64,000 nt of DNA from Tubiluchus corallicola. Lineage: Eukaryota > Animalia > Priapulida. The stretch covers positions 1 through 64,000 of the forward strand of contig JAQGDQ010000064.1 in the NCBI GenBank assembly GCA_030141605.1, given 5' to 3'. Positions 27,201 through 40,030 of the stretch are shown here, one piece after another. Both the position numbers and the translations under genes were made by a program. Below the pieces are notes generated by a model, which saw only the letters and a list, made by a program, of their open reading frames with translations, made no database searches and was not told the DNA's origin. The stretch's first letter is position 1. Each line of letters starts with the position of its first letter.

Positions 27201-30200
27201 ATTTGTTGAATACTTGAAAACTTTACCTCACTGTACTGAATTTGAACTTAAGTGAGTGTATATGAATTATATTTATGTTTTAAATAATTAAAATCACCTT
27301 TTTTAATTGTTGTGAAATTCTAAGCTGCTAGAACATTTTCCGTGTTGATTATGAAAGTTAAAAGTGTGTCAAATATATTTGTCAAAATTTTGCTGTATCA
27401 CGTTTTGTTTTGCTCATATAAAAATATGCTCTTCCTAAAGAGTTTACAATACAAATGGTGAAAAATTGTTTGAATATTTAATTGACGTAGTGAACAAAAA
27501 TTTCTATCTTATTTAGGACTCAATGGATTTTACCCTGCAAGTTTTGCAAATGCGTATACTGCTGCCGCATATGGACGTGGCTATCCACTTAGCCCTGCAG
27601 GTTTTGCCTATCCTTTTCCAGGTAAGTTGTAAATAAACTTGCACTTAATTTGTCTTTGTGAACGTTAGTGACGTTGGTTGTCGTTCCTTGTTTATCCTTT
27701 TATAAGATGTAAACTTCTTTGCTAGGATTGTGCAGTTGGAATTGATTTATTTTTCATATTCATTTTTCATTTTACCCTTGACATAAACTATCGTAGATGT
27801 AGTTCATGCAAAAATATTGGTAGAAATTCAAACACAAGGACAAAATGAAAGTTTCCTAATAAACGTCTTTTGCTTTGGTTATGTATTTATTTAGTCACTG
27901 GTCATCTATAACATATTAATACAGTCTTATTGGTCTTACTGCTGCAAATCTTATTGCAGTCATTTAAGCAGTGGGCTACTGTACTTTGTACTTATTTTCA
28001 TTATTATCATTTGCGACCTGAAATGTTAAGGCAATGGAAATAGTATATGAAAAGACAAGCAGGAAATTTATAGAGTTTTGATTTAGGTTTACGCCAGAAA
28101 AGTGCTACTGCTCAAGTTTATGTCGGTAGTTGGAACTGTAACACAGACATCAAATTAATGCTTATTATATAGTAATTTAGAGATAATAAATAAGCACTTT
28201 AGAAATGCCTTGTTTACAAGTTAAAAAGTAATTGGTCATGTGGCATAGCAGCACGTGTGTTATAGTTAGGTGGCACAGTGGTTCATGCAAGTTATTAGCA
28301 AAACTTCCCTAAATTTTGTGAAGAAAAACGAATGGAAAATTCGTCTAAAGTCAGCCATAATTGCCTCAATTTGAACTAGTGCATCTTACTATATTATGCA
28401 TTTAATGTTTATTTCATTACTTGGTTTGTCACTAAGTGACAATTTGGTTCCAGACTACACATTTTAATGTAACCTGTTCCGCCAATGCAGTTTTCTTTTT
28501 TGAACCCATTGAACACGTTTACTACAGAATTACTATATATGAAAATTGTTGAAGAAGAAGAAGCATTTGTTTGAAAATGTCGAATGTTCGGGTGATTAGT
28601 TTCAGCACAATTTCTTTGTGTAAAAATAGATGTCCTTTGGGGATTATTCCTACTATACTATGTTTTCAATCGTTTCACATGCTGACTTAGGGTTGAGTGC
28701 CTTTGGGCCTGCATCCCCACTACGTCGGAATCTGGGCCGAGAGTCCCGGCCTGATCGCTCCGGCCCTCTTTACAGTTACCCTGGAGCTTTGCCGGGTAAG
28801 CAGGGGCTCTGGAAGACCAGCAACGAATCTTCCAGAACCTTATCAGTGTACTGTGACCATTGTTAGAAGTTACTGCCTGTATATGTGGGTTTATCTGCTA
28901 GTGTTTAGATTAGTGCATTGTACATGTGTCAGTGTGTATGCCTTTACTTAAAGTACATCCTGTCAAGGTATTAACAAATGTTAGGTACACTGTGTGTTTG
29001 TTGCTGTGTGTGTTCTTTGGTGTATGTTGTGGGTAAGTCACAAATTACTGTCTAAGCTTGGCAGCCAGGCAACTCGATTTTGATTCAGAATACGAAGTCA
29101 AAATCACATAGGACATGTTTGATCGAATCAAGGTTGTAATATAATTTTTATTAGATTAGGAATGGTGGTTTGTGTTGAGGAAATTTATATGTTCTTTTTA
29201 GTTCGACAATGATTCATTGACTAAGCAATAGTTGTGATTAGATGACATAAGCAGTTAGTTAATAATAGAGTTCTTGTCTTGAAGCAGAATAATTTCTAGA
29301 AACCTTTTTTGAATGGGATAAGGCAGTAGTTGTTTGCTCAGTGAACCAATTTTCTTTAGAGTGTCGAAATTATGCGACAAAAATTAAACTTCTAATGACA
29401 TTTACAATTTGAATTTCTTCAGTTTACATTTTTGTGTTGTTTTGGAGAATGGTTTCTTAGGCCATCTTAATTTGTCCACAGTTTGGTGTGCACTAAACAC
29501 ATGAAAAATGGTCAGAAATTTCTGTATTAGATTAGTGTAACATTTATTTCAATCAGTGTCGAGGCACGTTGAATTTAGAAAGCATGATAGCAAACTGCGT
29601 TTTGTTTTAAAGCATGTAGGTTCTGAACATAGCCACTGTGCCTCCATTGCAACTATGACAACACTACGTTGCTGTGCTAACCATCATGTAATGCTAAGAA
29701 CTTGTTTAGTCATCTGCCCATGCCCTGCGATAATTAAAATACAGTTTGAATTATGCCTAGTTTGTCATTCACGGTCACTAAGCTTTGTTTGCATTTGACT
29801 CAATATGTAGGTATAATTTTTTTGTATAATTACTGTGTGAATATTATTATATTATATTACTCTGTCTTCTTGTATAAATTTGTGCACAGTTTGTCAAATC
29901 ATCGAGAAATCATCTTGCTTCCACTTCATGATATTGGCCGACAGTTCTATCATGTAAAGTTCTTTCATAATGTTAAAATGCTAAAAATTGTTATTGGAAT
30001 TCTTCCTATGCATTTTTTAGCTAAAATTTGATAAAAATTCAATGATAATTACATTTCTTTAAAAGCCCTGCTTACTGAAATATAACTCGTTAGATGAATT
30101 TCACTAAAAATCTTTATGCATTATACGTGTTGCCAGACATTGGCTTTTCCGGTTGTGGAAGTTTTCGCTAAATTTCAAGAACGTGCAAGATTTTTTGTCG

Positions 30201-33200
30201 ATGATTTGGTTGTTTCACTGTAGTGGTACATCAGAGCTTGGCTTCTATTAACACATGACATTTGGCTGATTTTCGTTTTGTCCGAATGGCCTCCCCTAAC
30301 TCACACATTAGGACCCTTCCTGCATGTTTAGTTGTTCAGTTCAACACTAGATGGCATGCATACGTCGTGTAATAACAGCATTGGGGTTTCACTGGCAATT
30401 GCGGTTTTAGTGGCACTGGACTTGTGCTGCTTAAACTGTCAGATAGCGACATGTGCATACCATTTCTCGAATGGGCCAGTCTAATAGTAAGTATAGTTTA
30501 GTTTGTAGGCTTATATAAATGACTATAGATGTAGATTTGATACTTTATGGAGATGAGCCACACAAACATTATGGACAAGTGGAAGAACATGCAAAGAAGG
30601 GTTTGGAAGAATGGGTATAGTTCTTTATCCTGTCCACAATGATTTGTTTAGTACCACTCCCCCTGGGAAGCGATACTTCAGCCACCTTTAGGCAAAACAC
30701 AAAACACAAATGCCGAGCTCTGATTACTTGTTACAGTCGCAACACACGATGGCATATTCTCTTTTGCTCATACGTGCTTTTTCCTGTTTCTTTGTGCGAC
30801 CAGCAGGTGACGGATTGCAGTTTGGCTCCCCGCTAGCTGGCTTCCCGGGGTCGTTTGGTTACGTGGCCACACCTTCTCCTGGTGACCGAGCGGCTGCAGT
30901 AGCAGCCAATGCAGCATCTGCCTATTATGCTGATTATGTAGCAGCAGCGGCTGCAGCTGCAGCAGCCGGAGCAGCCGCAGCAGTTCCAAACCAGATGGGT
31001 GGAGCGAGCATTGCCCGCAGTGAGCCTAGCCCACTGCCACACAGCAGCAGTCCATTGCATCGTGAGTACTTTTTGTATTAGCAGTACACCACAGCAGCAG
31101 GTAAAACATTGCATAAATTGCATAACCATCCGAGCAGATGAACTTTTTCCAGAATGTACTTAAACAAATACTGATGCTTTGAGACTTTGAGAAATGAACA
31201 GACTTCTGTCATTACAAATGATTTCATTCATTCAATGTGGTGCAAACTAGAATAAATGCAATGTTCAATGTTTAATGTGGTGGCTTGCTATATATTTTAT
31301 CATTTGGTCTAGTGCTTTATGTATTTGATTGGTTAATGCTTTTCGTAGTGCATCTGTTACATACGTTTTGCATTATGATAATAGTTTTGTAGAGCTAATG
31401 GCACAGCATTTTTATAAAATAATAAAAATATGAGAGCTTACTGATTATTGCTGGGTGTTATAGAGTCACGATTTCAGCTTAATTGATTTTAAATGTGTCT
31501 ACTGCGTGATGGTGTTACATTAGGCATACCTACCTTCTTTAGAAATTGTCAAACAGATACGTAATACCAGATGCAGTTAGAAAGTAATGTATGAAACACT
31601 AGAACAGGTAATAAGTAAGTTAGTGGAAGGTACAAGATTACCATAAAAACTGAGTATTTAAACAGTGACAATGCTTGATTCCATTTCTTCGAGGATTAGA
31701 TAGACTAGGCTGCCACTTGGGCTGTAAATTTGGGCTTTTTGTAATGTTCCACAATACGGTGACCCAGATTTCCCGGCTTCATTTATTTTCTAGTTTTGCT
31801 GTTCCCATAATCACAATGTATATATGCAGACATGCATGTATTTACCTGGAAAGTATATGCATGCCTTCTTTTCAGGTTAAGGGCCATCATTGACAATTAA
31901 TTAATGACTATCGATCATATGAGATGATTGCATTTGAAGCTTTTCCCTGATAACAGTTGTGTTTTCCATAGCAAAATGTTTTTTTACTCATCTAAATCTT
32001 ACTCGAGTGAGTTCACACTTGTGGTTAGCTCTATTGGTCCGTGCCAGTGCAAGTTTGATTTGTGTTAATGATACCCAGATGACCAATGAAATGCATACGA
32101 GCCTGTAGAGCACACTCTAGGTTTTATTTACTTGTAATTTCAGTTTAACACTAACAGCACAACTTAGTTAATATTATTATCCAAATTATTGCGCATACAG
32201 CAAACAATGTAACCGAGCGAGCAGCATAGAACAGCACTAAAAATACTTTTGTAACTCTTTCCGTGTTAATGAAAAGGCATGTCATTAACCTAAGAGTGTC
32301 TCCAATTTTCCATAGACCCTATAGATACGGTTATCTCCAGGGTAGTCATTAATTCATCTGCTTTTGTGTGACTTTAGATTCTGTAAAACTGAAAGTCATC
32401 AACTTAGTTTCAACTGTAGGTGCTTGTGTATTATCATCCAAAATTTTATAAAGTAGCGTCTATTTTTCTTAAATTGTGTTTAATTAATTAAGTCCTGAAT
32501 AATGTAACAATGCATGTTGACTAAATTCTTTAGCCTTACTGAGTATGCTAAAGTGTATTAAGTTTCTTGTCTTTACTTTTTCTCATCCTTAAGTGAACAA
32601 AATATTTGATCTCTTAACAACAATTGAGAGTACTTAAATTAAACCACCACGCAAATGTACAAAAATGTTTTTGTCTGACTAAGCTAAGCACTTGCTTATC
32701 TATAGTGTCTCCCGGTTTCCCTACAGTGCTGAACAGCTACCAGGGATTTGGGCCGGCTACCAGTCCATCTAACCGTGGATTTCCACCAGCTAACAGCCCT
32801 GGACCACTGGACATTTACGGCTCTAGCCAGGACAACATGAGCTACGTGCAGGCTGCCAGTCCTCAGCCGTCTGGCTTCCCGCTTGCTGCTGTTAGCAGGG
32901 TAAGTGTTCAGGATCTGTCAGAAAACCACTATTCGTCTGTGATGTTATCTGACTAACTTCTGCATAACCTTTCCTCTGTACTTGATTGTATTTCAGTAAT
33001 GTTTATATATCCCGGCATTTTCAAAAGTTGCATAATATCTGTGACGTGCATTGTTATTTTCAATTTTCACGTTAAAAGACTTGTTATAGGCATATCAAGT
33101 TTGATAAGCCTGACTGTACTAAAATAGATAATTGTATATTATGTTGTTACATATTATGTGCGCTTGGTTACGCTAAAGCAAGTTCGCTGCCTCATTATTT

Positions 33201-33957
33201 GCTGGGGAAACTCGCATGCTTTACTTGCTTTGCTTGGTTTTTCAAAAATTTTGAATGCTGAAGTGTAGACAATCACACTGCAATGATCGTCAGTTTAAAG
33301 TATTTTTAAAATTAAATTTTTTTGTAACTGGAAAGTCGAAACATAGACCTTTGAATAAAATTAATTGGTTTTTTCTGACTTTAAAAAAATTCTGTTTCTA
33401 CCTTTATCGTTTAAGATCAAAACACAAGTTTCTTTAATAGGTGTGCTTGACCAATAACGAAGTCGACAAATTAAGAAAGGCATATTCTGTCTTGCATTTC
33501 TATGCAAAACTGTTTCAGAAGTTGGTTAACTTAAGTTGTAATGACTAAAGCGATATCTTGCTAGCTAGACTTTGCAATTGTAAACTCAAAGTTGTATTTT
33601 TTAACAAGCAGATCTTAAATGCTGAATTTTATATAGTTATTGTCAACTGGGTAATTGTGGCTAAGCAAATGAGCGCATATCTTGCCCGGCAGTGTACTTT
33701 ATTTGTCAATGATGATATTTGTAGTTTTTAGCACTCAAAATTTTGCACTGTAGAAATCGTCTCTAATTTGCAATTGATTTTTAGACAAATCCTAAAACAT
33801 TATGACCCATGCAATGCAGGTAAGCGTGTTTTCGTGCTGCATGTAATGGGGGTCGCTGGTTTCACTATTCATCTGACTCACTTGTGTTTTGCTTTCTTGT
33901 TTTGTTTCCTCACAGGGCCCTCTGATTGCCGCTGCCTTCACTAATGGTTACCATTGA
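7551..33957 (+). CDS. msi: Musashi RNA-binding protein (MSI1/MSI2 family), 5'-partial spliced gene (RRM2 to C-terminus)
   Basis: GT-AG exons 7551-7599, 23851-23933, [25759-25840 or 25907-25979], 27517-27621, 28691-28795, 30807-31061, 32727(or 32706)-32899, 33916-33957 join in frame: [56 protein letters not shown] ... [11 protein letters not shown] ... AASPQPSGF ... [13 protein letters not shown]. This matches Musashi RRM2 (RNP1 RGFGFVTF) and the diagnostic C-terminus. RRM1 exons lie upstream of the window. Confidence 0.96.
8701..8782. repeat. Tandem duplication, 39 bp x2
   Basis: aatttaggtgcattg(g/a)cttgtacat(t/c)ttttaagttattg twice. Confidence 0.9.
8805..9136. repeat. Diverged tandem duplication, ~165 bp x2, beginning with GTGACCTTGACCTT
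   Basis: Units at 8805 and 8969 share tagtgaccttgaccttttaagtg...acaattcgtgttgccttgg...gagcttactctgcttt...cattttgacc. Confidence 0.85.
11005..11170. repeat. Tandem duplication, ~86 bp x2
   Basis: aataatacgtcaaattct...gaaaagctgattagctgatt...taatagattgtg at 11005 and 11091. Confidence 0.9.
12560..12880 (+). mobile_element. Degenerate RTE-like LINE 3' fragment
   Basis: Translates to [26 protein letters not shown]...LAADRSGWK, typical of the RTE ORF C-terminus (GRPxxxW...AxDRxxWR). Confidence 0.65.
13420..13657 (+). mobile_element. Possible tRNA-derived SINE fragment
   Basis: B-box GAGTTCGAATCC at 13433-13444; ends in a (TTC)n-like tail. Confidence 0.35.
15154..15294. repeat. Compound microsatellite (TAC)n/(TGC)n and (TA)~30
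   Basis: Directly visible. Confidence 0.95.
15790..16280 (-). mobile_element. Degenerate CR1-like LINE 3' end
   Basis: Minus-strand [16 protein letters not shown]...[10 protein letters not shown], resembling the FSNRVVxxWNxLP...FKxxL end of ORF2. Confidence 0.6.
21294..21431. repeat. Near-perfect tandem duplication, 69 bp x2
   Basis: acagatcagcaaacaaatcaaattagaaacaaatattgttatataacccaatacactcatt(t/c)tttggta at 21294 and 21363. Confidence 0.93.
23851..23933 (+). CDS. msi: Musashi exon, RRM2 ([28 protein letters not shown])
   Basis: tttattccag| acceptor, |gtaacc donor, 83 nt; follows a 16.25-kb intron (7600-23850). Confidence 0.95.
25759..25840 (+). CDS. msi: Musashi alternative exon A ([28 protein letters not shown])
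   Basis: ttttggtaatag| acceptor, |gtaggg donor, 82 nt, phase 0 to 1; paralogous to the exon 66 nt downstream. Confidence 0.85.
25907..25979 (+). CDS. msi: Musashi alternative exon B ([25 protein letters not shown])
   Basis: ttttttaccaccag| acceptor, |gtacgc donor, 73 nt, phase 0 to 1; canonical Musashi [12 protein letters not shown]. Confidence 0.9.
27517..27621 (+). CDS. msi: Musashi exon ([35 protein letters not shown])
   Basis: atttag| ... |gtaagt, 105 nt, phase 1-1; resembles the vertebrate GYPGF...YTYQFP exon. Confidence 0.9.
28691..28795 (+). CDS. msi: Probable Musashi cassette exon ([35 protein letters not shown])
   Basis: GC-rich open segment, gctgacttag| acceptor, |gtaagc donor, 105 nt, symmetric phase 1-1. 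Confidence 0.7.
30807..31061 (+). CDS. msi: Musashi Ala-rich exon ([20 protein letters not shown]...AAAAAAAAAG...SSPLH)
   Basis: CAGCAG tandem acceptor at 30801-30806, |gtgagt donor at 31062, 255 nt, phase 1-1; poly-Ala as in the Musashi C-terminal region. Confidence 0.85.
32727..32899 (+). CDS. msi: Musashi exon ([57 protein letters not shown])
   Basis: ggtttccctacag| acceptor (alternative in-frame acceptor at 32706), |gtaagt donor; resembles MSI2 VLNSY...GANSPGP...SAASPQPGSGF. Confidence 0.92.
33785..33819 (+). CDS. msi: Candidate 35-nt alternative/poison exon of Musashi (TNPKTL*)
   Basis: Branch-like ctctaat (33761-33767), gattttag| acceptor, strong CAG|GTAAGC donor, in-frame TGA at 33803-33805. 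Confidence 0.55.
33916..33957 (+). CDS. msi: Musashi last coding exon ([13 protein letters not shown])
   Basis: tttcctcacag| acceptor; hallmark Musashi C-terminus; exon continues as UTR to donor CAG|GTATTG at 33993. Confidence 0.95.
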   Translation, partial: GPLIAAAFTNGYH

Positions 33958-34743
33958 GTACAATGCTGCACTGCAACATACAAATCTGCCAGGTATTGTC
34001 AGCATGTCTCACACTTCTTTACTTATTACGCTTTGTTAACATGTGGGTGTGCGTGTGTTTTTATCATCTTAACATTGTTTACTTCAAACCACAAGTCTCA
34101 TACTGATACATCTTGTTTTTGAAAGCATGTGAGTTTAGGGTTAAAAAGTTTTAGTGTTAAAAATTTAAATTCTGTTGTCAACATGATAAGTAGTGGAATG
34201 AATGCTGCAATGGTTTTGTACTTGTAGTTATTATATACCATTGAGAAAACTAGTAGAATTTTTAACGTTGCATTGTAATATATAATTTCATGAATTATTT
34301 GCAATTGGAATATTTGTGAAAAGCTTAATTAACCTGGCAAATATTATGTAGCTGAAAGTGCAGTAAAAGCATTCTTACTGCAAACTAATCTGCTGAAATG
34401 ATATATACCTGTTTAAGTAATAATAAATAAGTAATTTATTTGAAGATAATAATAATAACTGATAAGTGACACTGATTATTTTAATGTGATAGGTTTTGTT
34501 GCATGCATGAAATTATTGTTTATCTGCTTCCAAAGGATAATTTCCTGCTCTCTTGTCTTAAACAAACTGGATTGGCTTGTCTTAAACAAACCAGTCAACA
34601 GTGCAGTCTCTGTTAAATAGGGGTGTCTAAACAACACTGCTAAGTTCTATGTGATACAGCACTGCAATGGCAAGACTGGTGAAAGAAAGTTCTTTCTAAA
34701 ACATTTTACCCATCATTCATCATCCTTGTATGGTTTTTTTCAG

Positions 34744-37700
34744 GCCGGTCTCGGGACTTCAAATCAAGGACTTGGTCTTTTCTAAAGCAGAATAAATGAC
34801 GATAAAGAAACAGATAATAAACTTGAGACTGGAGAGCCAGTTAAAGAATAAGTCGGAGTGTAATCACCATTTGACACGTCAGGTGGCTGATGAGGCATCG
34901 ATGTTGTTTATAAATTTGTGTTTGATAATTACAAATTATTGAAACAATAATTTTTGTGGTATATTTGTATGAGCTGAATGAGCTTGAACTGTTACGAATC
35001 ATGAATTATTACTAATCAAACTTTTATCATGTATAATAATGTTTTAGCTGATAGAAACCTGTTCATTTGAAGTATTTAGTCTAATGAGACATTTTAAATT
35101 GACAATAGTTGAACTTTTTGATATGAAAAATGTTTTTGTCAAATTTTAACCCACAATATGATTTGTTTAATGCAAAATTATATATACATTCGTATACACC
35201 TGTAGCATAGCTGTAGTTTAGAGTATAATCATAATCATATTTAGCACTAATGTAGTCGGCAGTATGATGTCACTGAGTAATTTTAACATGAATATTGTGT
35301 AACAAATAAAATAAATAAACAAAACCGTTTTCTGTGGGCTGGTCTATTAACTGAATAGCCATCAGAAGGTTGTTTTATTTTTGCAATGGTCACGACCTTT
35401 GAACCCTTTAGACATTTATGAAAGGAATTAACGAAGTTTTCCATTGCTGAAAATATGCTGTATGTACAATTGTGCTGTAGAGAGTAACAAATTTACGGAA
35501 ATGAGAAGTAGAGCATGTACGGAAAGAGCACAGAATTTTCAGAATTTTGACGAAGATTAGTTGTCTTACAGCAGTACATTTTTAATTCCTGAATGATCAA
35601 ATTCTCAAAGGTCGCCCAAGCTTTCATCATTTTGTAAATAGTTACTGTGCTATTGTTTTTTTGTTAAGAAGGTTTGCTGTATATCATTGCATGTTATTTT
35701 ATTTTGTAGACTCTTGTCCGGATTGTTGTATGGGGTTTTCTTAAACCTTAACAGTTTGACCTAAGCTGAGACACTTGATCTTATATGAATGATGCGTATA
35801 CTCATTACTTACGAGGGATATATAATAATATTTGAGCTCCCAAGGTTGTGACATTGTGGGTGCGACCACTGCATCTGCAAACATTTGGAAGAGGAAATAT
35901 TATAACAGATGTTAATACTGTTGAAATTGCTGAATATTGAGAGCTTGTATTTTATCGTATTTTATGTAAAATTACGATTGGTTGCTATTATTGACATGAT
36001 CATTTGTGTGATATAATAGACTACTATTACCTTGGTCATCTTTTTAAATTAATACCGTCACTATTACTATATGTGTGCGTGCAAACCGAAACTGTCCACA
36101 AGTGGGCGTAGTTAAAACTACGTTCTGATGCTACAAAGTAGAATGAACCAAAAATTGGGTCAAATGTCAATTTTCTGTTTTTCATAATAACAAATGCTTA
36201 ATATTTTGGACTTTTTATATTCTGGCATTAAATTATCAAGAAAATGTTCACCTCGTGAAATGGAGATTCGGGTCATGTGAATAACTAAAAAAGCTTAATT
36301 GCCGACTTATGGACAATTTTGCTGTGCAAGCACAAACATCACTATTGATGTCAAGTCAAATAATGATCAGTAAAAGTTTAAAATTCGTTTAAATTAACCC
36401 AATATTATTTTGTAATTCTTGAATAGTTGTCCTATAGAGTTGATTCATTCACTAACATTATTTAGTTGCGTTGCTAGCTGCTTTCCACGTCTATTGCTGT
36501 TTTAGTTTCTCGTTTTAAATGGTGCTGATTTCTCTTGCCTGTTGCTTTTCTTTTGGGGTAGTGCTAGACAAAAACTTTGGACTTACCGTGGGGATGTTTT
36601 TTGTGATGGCTAGTTGTCTAAATTATCAATGGACAAGAAAATTGAGACTAACTTTGGCGTGGCCTTTTTTTGTAAATACTGTACAGCCTGTACAAAGTAC
36701 GGATTAGATATAGCAGTTAGCTGTACCTAATATAGCTGTGAGACTGACATCCAGTATGGTTTATTTATGTTTGCCCAGTTTTTGAATGTTATAATAGTGA
36801 TATCATTTTTCAACTGCATTTAGAATTATACAAAATTTGGTTTTTCATTTTTAAAATAATAATAGTTTTACAAAGTGACTTTTCTAAATTCTCCAAGCAC
36901 CTTTTAAATTTTAAGGCTCGATTTTTGATTACGTATATTGTTAGCCTTTGAGTATATTTAGTTAGATACCCCCAGTGAAAATGTGAATACACCAATGTTG
37001 AATTCAGAGAGGGTAATCTTGAATTAAGACACATAGTGCTTGAAAAGTTAATTACAACAAAAACTGCAGTCCATTGACTTAAAGTAGGAAAGTTCCAAAA
37101 AGACACCATCTGTATCTAATTGGCAGTCCAAGATTGTTTTGCATTTAGATTGTTTTTTAGTCTATAATTCAGTTATTTTCATTGCTTTAGCTTTGCTTCT
37201 CTTTGTTACAGCACATATGTTTACCTGTGTTATTTTAGAAACTACCTTTGTTTAATTCAGTTAGTCCTATAGCTTTAGAAAGACGATATAGTTCAGGACG
37301 AAATATCCACCTTACAGTGTCCACCTGTAGAATATTTATTTACCCAACCTGACTCTTGTAGGGTCTGGGTTTTTAATCCTTATTTTACATAAGGGAAAGA
37401 AAAGATTATGCAACTTTTGTACACACATCAATTGTTACAAGGCAATATCATGTTAAATTTGACTACTTTAATACATCTTGTGTAATTATTATGATGTCCA
37501 AATGTTTTGTATGAATTGTAAACTCTTCTTTGGACATTTTGTACATAATGATGATATGATAAAGTTGTTTTGATTGTTGTCTAATGATGCATTTTGATTA
37601 AGTTGTCAAGTAATCATTGATCTATTGTTGTAATTTCTGATAATCAATCACATTCAAATTTAAGTCTTTGTTACCGGTAGTCACCAATTTTAATGAAAAA

Positions 37701-40030
37701 TTTCTTGTTAAGGTTCTGCTTTGCCAACCTATTCAAAAACTGTTTAAATCTTGCCTTTTCTGGAGTATTAAAAACGTTTTTTGTTTGCCATGGACTGAGT
37801 TGAAAAGCAGTTATTGGGCATTTAGACAGTCACTTTGGTATTGCATGTGTCCAGTACATATATATATATCTATATCATTTACTGTATGAGACATAATATT
37901 GCCCAACTATATAATGTCGTTACATGTCGTAATGTATTCACTGCATATATTAATAGTGACCTGTATATACATATATATACATATATATAACTATCTGTTC
38001 CTGTAATCCTGTATATCAATGTGTGAGTAACAATATATTCTCTGTGTTGTAGACTCTGTGTTGTACTACTAGCAACCAATGTAGTGAACAGTCAAGAAAA
38101 AGGAATTGTAGCTGAACTTTCATGTGTATGGTCAGTACGTTGATGTCATATCAGGCTTAAAAACAGTTCAGTAGTTTTAAAATTTGATATCAATTTAATT
38201 TGTTATCAGAAATCACCACTTAGATATGCTGCTTATCTTCATGTGGCATTGTGTAGCAGAATTGTGTCGTTTGCACTTTGCAGTCTCACTTGAATACTTT
38301 GCTATACCTGTCTCTTCTTTTACAATATATACCCGAGGCTAAAAATTCTAGTAGGCAGAGCTGTTGTTTTCTGCGTTGTGGTAGATTAGCAATTTGTATG
38401 ATGGACAAGATAGTGTTTCGTTGCCTCAAGTTTCATTGTTACATGCTGCAACGCTGCAGCTTTTTGACCATAATTATACCATTTGATGTTTTTACTCACT
38501 TGTTTGTTTGCTGGCAAGACCACAAACACAAGTTTTTATTCGTACAGATGTTTTAATACAAAGCTTAAAGTGGTGAATGTTAAATTATTGTGATTTTTCT
38601 TGTTCGGAATTTGTACATGATGTTAATGCCCCTCGTAACAGTTTGATGGTGATTTCATTAACTGGAGTACAGTTTGTTCTGGCGTGCGTTATTATTGTGC
38701 ACAATGTTCCGAACCGGCTAGTGGATTGTTGAGTAATTTAGCCTCAGATTTAGCAACATAGAAAATGTTACCTAGACTAGTTTGATAATGAATCACCGTC
38801 ACTATTGTGATACACTGTGCAGACTTAATGCTAACAGTCAGCACGTTCACAGCAAAATCAAAGTGCCAGCGCAATAACTTTTTCATAAGATTAGGACTAG
38901 CTTCACTGACTGCTGTGTATGTGCTGGCTGCTTCCACTGTCTGCAGAGATCTCATTTAACTGTTTACAGGGTCACTTTTGTAAAATTATGGTTGTAAATA
39001 AAAACAATGTTGTTTATAAAGCAAGCTGTGCTGACTTACATGAAATGCCTGGTTACTTCTTCTCTCGTTTTGTGTCTGACGGTGACATTAGTGTAGATAA
39101 TCACTTGATCGATACATCGGTGCGAGATGGTAAGCATCCAAGCATTTCGTGTTTGCTTTATTCATAAATCTAATGTTTCGTTGGTACATCAGTTTATTCC
39201 TAGGCACATAAGATTTCATTTCTTTTGACTTGCTTTAGCCTTTGTCTAGTTACCCATTAGTTTACTTTACAAGTAGATTATTCAAGTTGTCTCATATTTA
39301 ATGTGCCAAAGTGAAACACAATAATAATGGTTTTAGTAGTGCATCTTGGTAAAAAAAGAAAAATAACTCTGTGTAGCCTTCAAGGAGAACAATCAGAGCC
39401 ACATGGCAATTAGTGTGCAGTTGGCAGACACCCAATTGTAAATACTGATTTAGCTTAGATCGTGTTAATTAGTTAAACATTTTTGCACATAACAGTTTAG
39501 TGGGAGATAGAGCACACAGTTGTATGTGACGATCTTTGTAAATTAACAGTTGACAAAACAAGCTATCTAGTCCACATAAACCCGGACATGTTACCTCGAG
39601 AAACTAGTGTAAAAAGCTATTATATAATAGGAATAGATTTAGATTTAGAATCACGGCAGAGATCATCACAAACAACTAGTAATTATGAACACCAGTGCAT
39701 ATTTGTGATTAATACATTTAGTGTGCACGTCACAGGGTTGTTTAACACTCCTGGTGCTGCTCTGTCTCAACTGTGCAGAATATGCCATTGGGTTATTTAC
39801 AAGAGCAATAATAATTCTGATTAATTGATGTATCGTGCGTTCGATTAGCTGCAGTTTGTGTCAGTAGCGTACATACAACAGGGTGATTGTCTGTATTTTG
39901 TGTATTCCCGTGACGGAATCACGAGGATTTTTATCTTATTGTGAAAAATAACTGTATTGAATGAAATTCACGCTGTTAAGATGACTGTTCATTTTGTTGA
40001 CATTGTCCAGACTATATTATACAAATAAAA
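34744..40030 (+). other. Putative long terminal 3'UTR exon of Musashi
   Basis: Acceptor tggttttttttcag| at 34743 closes a 3'UTR intron (33993-34743). About 5.3 kb of U-rich sequence with no recognisable repeats follows, with AATAAA at 34791, 35305, 38996 and 40024. The extent is inferred. Confidence 0.55.

Noticed and set aside
31062-31102. Alternative donor CAG|GTAAAA at 31101 extending the Ala-rich exon
   Set aside because: The extension contains an in-frame TAG ending at 31081, so it was not modelled as coding, although unproductive use cannot be excluded.
30768-31129. Antisense ORFs over the Ala-rich exon
   Set aside because: Shadow frames of GCA/GCT codon repeats on the Musashi coding strand.
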